Part shown: in pieces, positions 56,230 through 64,000 of the stretch | How the letters are laid out: every line of letters starts with the position of its first letter | How positions within the stretch are numbered: position 1 is the first letter of the stretch | Origin: a virus | Lineage: Duplodnaviria; Caudoviricetes | Length of the DNA: 64,000 nt | IMG/VR virus record: IMGVR_UViG_3300028591_000009 | Location: 1 to 64,000 of that record | Direction: 5' to 3' (one strand) | Translations under genes and position numbers: made by a program | Notes under the pieces: generated by a model | Databases searched by the model: none | What the model was told of the DNA's origin: nothing | Seen by the model: the letters and a program-made list of their open reading frames with translations, nothing else

Positions 56230-58340
56230 GTTTACCTTGTTTTATATAAGTTTTACATCCGGCTCGGTGGCTCTACTAGATGTTGACGTTAGACGGTTAT
56301 TGTGATTTCAGTTGCTGTGCTTACGGGAAGCACGCTTCTATTAGAGACTAGTTACACTTCTATATTCCTTAAAATGAAGCTCAACTCATGTAACGGGAAT
56401 CCAACGGTAGGATTATCTAAGCCCATCATCTCAATAGGTTCGAAAACTTTGAACGCTGAATATGTGTATCAAACACTAACCCTATTTGTCGGTATGTTTA
56501 TATTTTCGTAAACATTTATTAAATTTATATTAAATCCAATATTCACTTTTTTCGAGTCCGTTGGCAAAATTTTGGAATTATCCAACTAATGTTCATAGGA
56601 CTCACCACAAAAATTTTGCATAGTTTCTCTGTTAGTATATTTCCCAAGTACCTTAAGAGTTAACTACACTACGATTGTCATTTAACCACAGATTTTCTCT
56701 CCTGTTGCATGATTTAAGGCTCATACTACTATTACCTTTCCTTGTTATTTCAACGTGCTTGTGTTTACCTACGTAAGGATTACGTTTCTTTATCGAACAA
56801 TCTAAGAGCTCCATAACTCTTTTCAAGTACTACGATTTAAAATTCTTCCTAGCGATTCTACGGTACTAAATATTTCTTCTCTTGGATGTGTTTACTCACC
56901 CTCATTATTTATAGTGCACGAATACTGGAGGAATTCCACCTCATACATCGCTTCTTGTCACCCACTTAATGTTCCGCTTCATCGAGTCCTAGTTTCACAA
57001 ACTATCCCAAATGCAACTGGTTGTACGGTTTGCTACTTCTATTTCCTTTACCCCTCCGAGACAGGGAGGTGATTTCACTTCGCGATAAGCTGCCCATCGA
57101 TTAAATGTATATGACTTCATGGTCTCTACCGAACACATAGATTTGCTGTCTATGCTCTGATAGGATTCATCTTGTCTATTTGCTTCTCAGGAACGGTTGG
57201 CACTCGATTTCTGGCGTGAAAGCACTCACAAACATTACAAACGGAGTCTTTCGTTGATATACAACATTAATTTCTCCCAGCCAGGGGACATCAATTTTTG
57301 TTAAACATGTTAATTATCTCTTTTGTTTTCTACTACGTATTATCTTCGTTAGAATCTTCTCCCGATAAAGTATAACGGTATATTGTATACAGTTCGTCAT
57401 CTAACTATCATCTTACTTTCGAAGGAAGCGATCTCTCTCTATACTGGAATGTATAGGCTTCGAATCGACCACCTAGATAAGAAATTTTTGGCTATCTAGT
57501 AACCATCTAAAACGCATTTCCTCATCCTTCAAACATAATACTCGCTTACCAGTACTTGTTATCAATTGAAATAGAGTTTCTCCGCGCTCTTCATCCGCGT
57601 ACCATAGGCTCCAGAACCATATGGATTAAGTGGCGCATCCACTTGTAGTCATTTCCTCTTATATCCCGCACAAACGACTAAAGCCTGGCGGTCATCTTCA
57701 TCATATTTTCCTCTGTACCCCATCCCTGGCACCCCTTCAACGGAGTTGTGCACGAATCGAACGGCAAGGATTTCTCCAAGGACCGTAGTTACGGTACGGC
57801 GCAGACAGTCACACCTTCTGCTAGGCGAATATACTCAGATATTTTTCATCCCTTCATACACGTTGTGGAGACGTGGAACACTAGACTACAGCTTAAAGTT
57901 GATACATCATTGAGTGTTTTGGCTTCAAACTCAATGTTGCGACTCCTGTTTCGTTATGCTATCCTTATGTATCATCAGATAGTATGTCGAATACGGTTCA
58001 GTTTTGCCCATCATTCGGGACTTATGCGTCTTCCTTACTAATACCCCACACTTCAAAGAGTCTGGCAAGAGCATAAAGGACTCTGCTGGTATATATTAGT
58101 GTTAGGGTCTGATACATACGCTCACCCTACTTACTATAAGCGATTCGATTATGTAGTACGCATAAAACTTATAGCATTTCATCCTACCTTTTGGATTTCT
58201 CACCATTTGAGATGGCTAACATATTCTCGGATCAAGTTGTACTATTCGCATTCTAAGGTTGATGAGACCTACTCCGTAGACGAATGCTGACGTGTGCCCA
58301 TCGGGCGGGGAATGTATGAATCCTCATACATCCCCCATGC
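56230..58340 (-). ncRNA. ~2.1-kb structured non-coding region; candidate large ncRNA(s)
   Basis: No - strand ORF of 60 aa or more; dense inverted repeats, nested helices and one pseudoknot; purine-rich - strand. Confidence 0.55.
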
Positions 58341-58350
58341 ACCGGAGTGA

Positions 58351-58833
58351 CTAACGCTTGTAGACTACCTCACCGTCGACTGTGAGGCAAATGGACGCTT
58401 TAGGAGGTCCAACAGTGTCTGGGGTGTACTCCTCGCGAACCCCACGTACTTTGTTGTTAACAATACTATCAGGAATTATAGCTGGTGTGCTCAACCCCTG
58501 ACGTTTTATTGTGGCACGAGCAGATGTACGCTTCTTCTTGTACACTAGGTTCTTTACTCTCGGAGCTTGAGATGTGTCCTTAACAACCACTATTTCTAGT
58601 GGGACATACTCTTTCTCCGTTTTGTTCTGTCTCTCAACTATAGGTTGAGTGATAGATGGCAACGGCAATGCTCGATAATCGGGCAGCGTTGCAGCGTTCA
58701 ATGTCTGATGCTTGCGCATAGACATCTCATTGTTCTCTACCTCCGCTAATGACCACCCTGCTAGGGCAAACAATAGCGAACAAATAATTGTTGTAACTAG
58801 TTTCATACCTTTGATAGATTTCGAAACTATCAC
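58351..58833 (-). CDS. Membrane-anchored or exported hypothetical protein, ~160 aa (TAG stop)
   Basis: N-terminal hydrophobic segment LVTTIICSLLFALAGWSLA. Confidence 0.7.
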   Translation of the reverse strand: MIVSKSIKGMKLVTTIICSLLFALAGWSLAEVENNEMSMRKHQTLNAATLPDYRALPLPSITQPIVERQNKTEKEYVPLEIVVVKDTSQAPRVKNLVYKKKRTSARATIKRQGLSTPAIIPDSIVNNKVRGVREEYTPDTVGPPKASICLTVDGEVVYKR

Positions 58834-58838
58834 ATCAC

Positions 58839-60230
58839 TTAACCCTTCTTCTCCTCAGGAACAGGAACTTCAACGAGATTGCTCTCCTTGTAGTTGATAG
58901 ACTGAGACAGAGGATCGGTGAACATGTTGACAATAATGCCAGCACGCTGCTGAACATTCTTCAGCAATGCCTCATTAGTCTCATCATCAAGCTCCTTACC
59001 CTTGAACTCAGGATAGTAAGTGTCAATGATATTACCAACCAGACGGTGAGCAAGTTTGTACTCCTCAGAGTCAGTCTTGTCAGACTTGTAGTTGTCAATC
59101 AAAGCGTCTACTACCTCGAATGAAGGATTGGTAGTTTCTGTGATAATCAGGTTCAACTCCTCGATGGCGGTCTCGTTTGCACGAATAGCAGTTTCAGTTG
59201 CTACCTTTGCAGCGCCCTTCTCGTTCTCAAGATGCTTCTTCTGCTCCTTGATAACTTCGTTGCACTCAGCTATTCTACTGTTACATGACCACAGTAAGAG
59301 AATGCGAACGATGTCAGCCACGTACTGATCGTCAATGGTATTGTCCTTCTCAGGAACGGCACTGCGACGATAGAGGCAGAACGACGAAATGGGACTTCCA
59401 GTCTCAGCGGAACGCTTGCGAAGAAAGTAAGCAGTGCCAGTCAATGCAAATGGGCAAGGACCAACAATCTCTGCTATCTCATCCAGCAACTTCTGGCGAG
59501 ACTTATCCTTAACTTCGTTAACGGCAGCCGTCTTGTCCTCAGTAGCATTGGCCTGGATGGTCAAATAGCCACGATAGAACTTGATGGTACGTTGTACACG
59601 TGCGTCTGGGCGATCAATACCGTCAGAGATAGGCTTTACGAGCATGGCTGTGAGAGATGCCTTTAACTGCTCAGGAGTCTTTATCTCCGCAGGATTGCTA
59701 ACTGCCTTGGCGACAGATTCCATTTCCTTCTTTTTGCTTTTGATGGTCTTTTCAGACACGTCCTTCTTGTCAATTGTAACAACACGTGTCTCAGCTGGAA
59801 GAAGGCCAACAACACCTGCCTGTTTGAGCTGTTCCTCTGTAGGAGCAGGAAGCATCTTGAACTCAGGAAGCTTAATTCCGCGCTCAATTGCCATACCCAT
59901 CAAGGCGTTGTAGTTGTTCTCGTTAGCTGTGATGATAAGACCAGCAACACTGTTGCCAGATGCTATCTCAGTAATAGCGACATCGAGGATTGATACTTGT
60001 GCAAGCATGGTGAGACCATCGATAGTGCACTGAGAAGGCTTCTCGGTATTGGTCATCAAGAATGCACGTTCGTTTTGTAGTGCGCCAATATAAGCGACTT
60101 TATCGCTCTGGCTCATACCCTTTGTGTTAGGGTTATTGTTTACAGGAAACTTCACTGTAGTATTATTTTCAGGAGCTCCCTGTGCTTCTGCTGCTGCTGC
60201 AGCTGCAGAAGTCTTGTTGTTTTTTGCCAT
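58839..60230 (-). CDS. Hypothetical protein, 463 aa
   Basis: Long ORF with biased codons and an A-rich start context. Confidence 0.85.
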   Translation of the reverse strand: MAKNNKTSAAAAAAEAQGAPENNTTVKFPVNNNPNTKGMSQSDKVAYIGALQNERAFLMTNTEKPSQCTIDGLTMLAQVSILDVAITEIASGNSVAGLIITANENNYNALMGMAIERGIKLPEFKMLPAPTEEQLKQAGVVGLLPAETRVVTIDKKDVSEKTIKSKKKEMESVAKAVSNPAEIKTPEQLKASLTAMLVKPISDGIDRPDARVQRTIKFYRGYLTIQANATEDKTAAVNEVKDKSRQKLLDEIAEIVGPCPFALTGTAYFLRKRSAETGSPISSFCLYRRSAVPEKDNTIDDQYVADIVRILLLWSCNSRIAECNEVIKEQKKHLENEKGAAKVATETAIRANETAIEELNLIITETTNPSFEVVDALIDNYKSDKTDSEEYKLAHRLVGNIIDTYYPEFKGKELDDETNEALLKNVQQRAGIIVNMFTDPLSQSINYKESNLVEVPVPEEKKG

Positions 60231-60313
60231 TTTGATAACGGTTTTTTAAATTAATTACTTGTGGTTGGTTAGTCCACTTAACTATAACCATAGGAACTGA
60301 TTGTAGTAGACTT

Positions 60314-60727
60314 TCAAGAATCGTCTACAATTTCTACACTGTTTGGCGGGTTTGGCAAAGCGTGTAGGTATAGTCTATGAGTCACCCCACAGACATCACT
60401 TAAAGTCTGGTTAGGCTCAACCATATCAGGCGTATAATCCTGACTCACAAGGCTTGAAGTTACCTTCACTGGTGTTGTATAGTCTACATACTCAGGAATA
60501 CATACGAATGTTCCCTGTGTAGCCAACAACCCTTGTGTGGGGTACGCCTGGTTGAGCATGACCTGACTTTGTTCCTTCTTTTCGATTGCCTTATGAGCAA
60601 TCGTTCCTACTGTGAAAGCTAATGTATAGCTTACAAATAGGGCCCAGAATACTTTGTTGCTATTGTTGTATCTTGCGATACCCAATATAAACAGTGTTCC
60701 GAGAATGAACAATAAAGCTACTGTCAT
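60314..60727 (-). CDS. Two-TM membrane protein, 137 aa (possible anti-sigma partner)
   Basis: Two N-terminal hydrophobic helices; ATGA-coupled to the sigma gene. Confidence 0.65.
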   Translation of the reverse strand: MTVALLFILGTLFILGIARYNNSNKVFWALFVSYTLAFTVGTIAHKAIEKKEQSQVMLNQAYPTQGLLATQGTFVCIPEYVDYTTPVKVTSSLVSQDYTPDMVEPNQTLSDVCGVTHRLYLHALPNPPNSVEIVDDS

Positions 60728-61287
60728 GATTGTAATTTTAAACGTTGTCTTAACTTACGTCTAGTCCTGGAGAGCGTGGATTTTATAGTTCCTACTGGTA
60801 CTCTAGGATTAAACGTCTTACTAATCTCTTCTACGGTTAAATTATCTACATAAAATCTTTCAAAGATCTTACGAGTGACCTCTGGAAGTTTCTCAAACTC
60901 ACGAAGTAGTTCCTTATACGTCAGATGATTGACTAAGTCATCTTCAGCACAAGCCTGAATATTGGAGTTTAGTCGGTCCTCCTTTATATCAGCTACTTGT
61001 TTGTTCTTTATACTACGCAAATAATCAATTGCAGTTCGATTAGTCAATATTCGCAGCCAACCCCCAAAGGAGTCGTATGCTACAAATTTCGAGAGTTTAT
61101 CATGCACTTTAAGAAAGACAATATTTGCCACTTCTTTAGACTCGTCCATATCTTTTAGATACTGGAACAAAAGACTCTCTACAAAGCCTTTATACTTGTA
61201 GTAAAGTGCATTAAAAGCAAGCTCATCGCCTGCTTGCGCTTTTTTGATTAAGTCAACTTCAGTTGGGGTGATTCTAGGATTCTTCAT
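60724..61287 (-). CDS. ECF-type sigma-70 factor, ~187 aa
   Basis: AQAGDELAFNALY, SFGGWLRILTNRTAIDYLR (region 2), LPEVTRKIF...VGTIKSTLSRTR (region 4). Confidence 0.9.
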   Translation of the reverse strand: MKNPRITPTEVDLIKKAQAGDELAFNALYYKYKGFVESLLFQYLKDMDESKEVANIVFLKVHDKLSKFVAYDSFGGWLRILTNRTAIDYLRSIKNKQVADIKEDRLNSNIQACAEDDLVNHLTYKELLREFEKLPEVTRKIFERFYVDNLTVEEISKTFNPRVPVGTIKSTLSRTRRKLRQRLKLQS

Positions 61288-61389
61288 AATCAAAAACAAT
61301 TTACTCGGTTTATTAAGGTGTCACTCCTGTACGCGGAACCGAAACGCTTAGTGGGCAGTGGGAATACCAATCCCGTTAGGTTTTCTGCC

Positions 61390-61824
61390 CTAGAATGGTA
61401 AATCTTCTGTGTTTATCTCAGAAAGTTCGCCATTGATTGTAGTTACAAAGTTGCGATGTATCTTGCTACTCAATTTAGCAGACAATCTTCCATCATATAC
61501 CAGTTTGTTAAGTAAACCTGTTGCTATTCGCATTCGAACACCTATCGTTCGATAATCAGCTAGCCCTAATAATAGGACTATCTTTTTGTTTACCCACACC
61601 AATATACTATGGAGATCATCATTGCGCCAAATCTCGTACAGAATTTCATCATCAACTTCGTCGTCACATAACGAAAACACCTTGGTATTTTCTACTATAC
61701 CCTTTACGCCTTGATTGTATGCGATACGTAAATGATCGTAAATAACACTAGGTTTTTGATTCTCGTCATCTACTCCTATCGGAGTCAAATATTTGGAAAA
61801 TATACTACACATACTCTTTTTCAA
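61390..61824 (-). CDS. Hypothetical protein, ~144 aa, ends EDLPF (TAG stop)
   Basis: ORF overlapping the upstream gene; SSB-like acidic tail. Confidence 0.7.
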   Translation of the reverse strand: MKKSMCSIFSKYLTPIGVDDENQKPSVIYDHLRIAYNQGVKGIVENTKVFSLCDDEVDDEILYEIWRNDDLHSILVWVNKKIVLLLGLADYRTIGVRMRIATGLLNKLVYDGRLSAKLSSKIHRNFVTTINGELSEINTEDLPF

Positions 61825-62362
61825 AACTCTTTATTAAGAAGTCAACTAATCTATCTACAAATGCATATTTAGCTTGTTTTTCTTCTTCTGAAGCGTCTCT
61901 TGAAGGCATGAGTTCGCTAAGATGAGTATTAATAATCTCAATACGTATATCAAGATCAGTTCTACCTATCTTTTTAGAGTTATCATACGTATTTTGTACA
62001 TACGCGTGATTAGTTCTGAACCAGTTTACCCATGAAGTAACCCTTTTCCAATATATTTTCGTACTTGGATCTTTTGGGTCATTTGTATCAGTAAGCTCGT
62101 CCCAATCAATACTTCTCTCAAATATAAAGTTTTTAGGTTTACCTTTAACAATTCCAAGTATAGCTCGTACGATCTCCTTCTTATTTTCAGGAGCTTTTTG
62201 TATAAGTCTGCTTTCATTATCAACTTTATCGCCTATAATCTTTACGAAATGAGTATAAGTATGTTCAACCCATGCATTTTTAGATTTTGTAAACTTCAAT
62301 GCAAGGTCTACAACTTTGGGACAGCGGTCCCGTAACATTTCACGATATCCTAGTTTTTTCAT
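61805..62362 (-). CDS. Hypothetical protein, 185 aa (TAG stop)
   Basis: ORF starting 2 nt after tRNA-Arg. Confidence 0.75.
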   Translation of the reverse strand: MKKLGYREMLRDRCPKVVDLALKFTKSKNAWVEHTYTHFVKIIGDKVDNESRLIQKAPENKKEIVRAILGIVKGKPKNFIFERSIDWDELTDTNDPKDPSTKIYWKRVTSWVNWFRTNHAYVQNTYDNSKKIGRTDLDIRIEIINTHLSELMPSRDASEEEKQAKYAFVDRLVDFLIKSFEKEYV

Positions 62363-62364
62363 AG

Positions 62365-62438
62365 TGATTCCTGAACGATTCGAACGTTCGACCGACAGAT
62401 TAGAAATCTGTTGCTCTATCCAACTGAGCTAAGGAACC
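62365..62438 (-). tRNA. tRNA-Arg(TCT)
   Basis: GGTTCCT/AGGAATC acceptor, GCTC-AGTTGGATA-GAGC D arm, ACAGA-TTTCTAA-TCTGT anticodon arm, GAACG-TTCGAAT-CGTTC T arm. Confidence 0.92.
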
Positions 62439-62499
62439 TTTTGAGGCGTTTGTTTTTATAGTGGTGTCAAGCGAGCCTCTGTAAGCATGTCCACAACAT

Positions 62500-62549
62500 T
62501 GGAATGAGTGCAGGCTTCGAACCTGCCATAGTTCCGTTATTACTCATTC
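62500..62549 (-). ncRNA. tRNA minihelix-like element (acceptor stem plus T arm only)
   Basis: GAATGAGT/ACTCATTC 8-bp stem and GCAGG-TTCGAAG-CCTGC joined by a 15-nt linker. Confidence 0.65.
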
Positions 62550-62551
62550 AC

Positions 62552-62860
62552 CGTTCACAGGCACTTAGGTAGCCTGTACACCGACTTCACGCTGCCTCCT
62601 GGAGACCCGTGTAGTCTGCAATGTTATAATTGCCAGTTAATTTTTATATCGAAGCGCTTAACGTCTTACTTTCCGCTGCCGTCAAAACCATTCAAGCCCA
62701 GATTAAAAGCTCCCGCCTCTATCCTCTGTACACCTTCTTCAGTGCCAGCGAGTACACAATTCAGGGAGCTTGGAGTGTTAATCAATAATACACGTGGACC
62801 TGGGCGGAATCGAACCGCCGTCCGAACAGCATATCCTAGGACACGCTAAGATTTCACTTG
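62552..62860 (-). ncRNA. ssrA: Circularly permuted (two-piece) tmRNA: acceptor piece ~62860-62795, intervening sequence 62794-62700, coding piece 62699-~62552
   Basis: Acceptor GGGCUUG/CAGGUCC-A with G3-U70; GGUUUUGAC D-loop analogue; GGAC-GGCGG-UUCGAUU-CCGCC T arm; tag frame 62634-62587 = GNYNIADYTGLQEAA-UGA after UUAACU. Confidence 0.88.
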
Positions 62861-63006
62861 TGAACCTCACAATGATCAGTTGTAAGATTCGATTTAAGGC
62901 TATTTACAGCCTCTCTGACGCATTTTCTATACTCTTGTGGGTAGCTAATCCTCTGGAGTATATTAAACGCTTAGAATGGCTTTTTCATAAACCTTTATTT
63001 GTAGTA

Positions 63007-63263
63007 CATTGCCCTGACTGACTCTCTGGTTCTTGCAGAATATACTCGCATTCTTGATATACAACGCGGTAGCTGCTTCCCTTAATGAAGGTTGACCGCT
63101 CACAGTAGCACCGGTTCATGACTCATACGTCGTAATTGTTGATCTAATGGCAGCATATTATTACACCGTGCTGACGGTGTTGATTTTCGCACGTGACTCA
63201 AAGGTTCTTGTGTATGTGTCAATTCACATAAAGCAGACTACTTCATCCATACCAGGCGCAATG
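63007..63263 (-). ncRNA. ~260-nt structured RNA candidate
   Basis: Closing helix CAUUGCGCCUG (63263-63253)/CAGGGCAAUG (63016-63007); internal hairpins ACACCGT/ACGGTGT and TATGTG/CACATA. Confidence 0.5.
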
Positions 63264-63338
63264 CCATTTTTACATTTTTCGACTGCTTATACACCACTGA
63301 TTCTAGGATTCTGGGTGAGTGAAAATCATATAATGGGA

Positions 63339-63833
63339 TTAATCCCACCAGTAGGCGTAACGACCCTCATAGCTGGCGCGCAGCTCTTCGAGATCCTTAC
63401 GTAACTGCTTGTTGCTCTCAGAGATCTTCTTCTCAATCTCCTCGTTCAACTTACGCTTCTCTTCCTTGTACTCGGTAGGAGTCAGGACTGGCTCTTTGCA
63501 CTTGTTCTTTGTGGGAACCAGGCGACCGTTGACAATCTCTGTCTCAAAGCCGATTACACGCTCGAGCAGCTTCTTCGTTCCGTCCAACTTCTCCTTGGTG
63601 ATGTCGTCTTCACGGCGACGTGCACGGAGTTCCGCACGGGTCTTGACGTTCTGATAGGTGGCCAGACCAATTGCATCCTTGATCTCGCGCTTCTTCTTGT
63701 CTGCCTCCTCCTTCTTCATGTCGGCGACAGCAGCCTCTACCAGAGACTCCTCATCCACGTGGTTGTTTACTTTGAAATCCTGAGGCTCTGCTGCATTTTC
63801 AGCTGCCTTCTTGTTTTCTTTCTTTTCTGCCAT
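63339..63833 (-). CDS. Charged coiled-coil hypothetical protein, 164 aa
   Basis: Biased codons, TATCAAAAATGGCA start context. Confidence 0.8.
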   Translation of the reverse strand: MAEKKENKKAAENAAEPQDFKVNNHVDEESLVEAAVADMKKEEADKKKREIKDAIGLATYQNVKTRAELRARRREDDITKEKLDGTKKLLERVIGFETEIVNGRLVPTKNKCKEPVLTPTEYKEEKRKLNEEIEKKISESNKQLRKDLEELRASYEGRYAYWWD

Positions 63834-64000
63834 TTTTGATAAATGTTTAATTGTTTAACTTAAAGTTTATTTATATTCCTCATAAGTTGAGGCTTTATGC
63901 TTTACTGTACGTGTGTACGGCACTGCATTCTTGTGTTTTGGACTCTCTGACTTAAAACGTATTGTTTTGCCATTAAATCCGTACTTACCATGACACATAT

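Noticed and set aside
56302-58290. + strand ORFs 56302, 57748 and 58099
   Set aside because: Opposite to the transcription direction, non-ATG starts, atypical composition
56230-58340. CRISPR array or self-splicing intron
   Set aside because: No regularly spaced repeats, flanking genes look complete, and no convincing group I core or group II domain V was seen by eye
62365-62438. Amber suppressor tRNA, because the loop contains CUA
   Set aside because: In the 7-nt loop UUUCUAA the anticodon positions are UCU (Arg); CUA is off by one, as is normal for tRNA-Arg(UCU)
62794-63404. + strand ORFs 62794..63021 and 63147..63404
   Set aside because: Antisense to the tmRNA and structured RNA; MDLGGIEPPS is the reverse translation of a T arm

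Overview
This window is part of a crAss-like phage genome (Crassvirales, probably infecting Bacteroidota; family-B polymerase plus amber recoding suggests the delta/Suoliviridae type, which is an inference). It has two convergent halves. The + strand (1-42.1 kb) is the virion module: major capsid protein, ring/tail proteins, holin and spanin-like genes, the muzzle protein, cargo proteins, a ~5,975-aa virion RNA polymerase polyprotein and a ~2,160-aa protein. Here TAG encodes Gln, so the supplied ORF track is fragmented; I re-joined the frames by hand. The - strand (42.2-64 kb) carries replication and early genes (nucleases, ATPases, primase, SSB, DnaB, PolB, ECF sigma factor) in standard code with real TAG stops, plus two canonical tRNAs. 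Most notable: (i) a minimal, circularly permuted two-piece tmRNA gene with tag (A)GNYNIADYTGLQEAA; (ii) a ~2.1-kb hairpin-dense non-coding region and four aberrant tRNA-like RNAs; (iii) a covarying 13-14-nt motif at the start codons of six replication genes that also occurs twice in a ~260-nt structured RNA; (iv) SLOG, NADAR and DUF1848 domains at the C-terminus of the RNAP polyprotein. All calls come from motif recognition by eye; no database searches were run.
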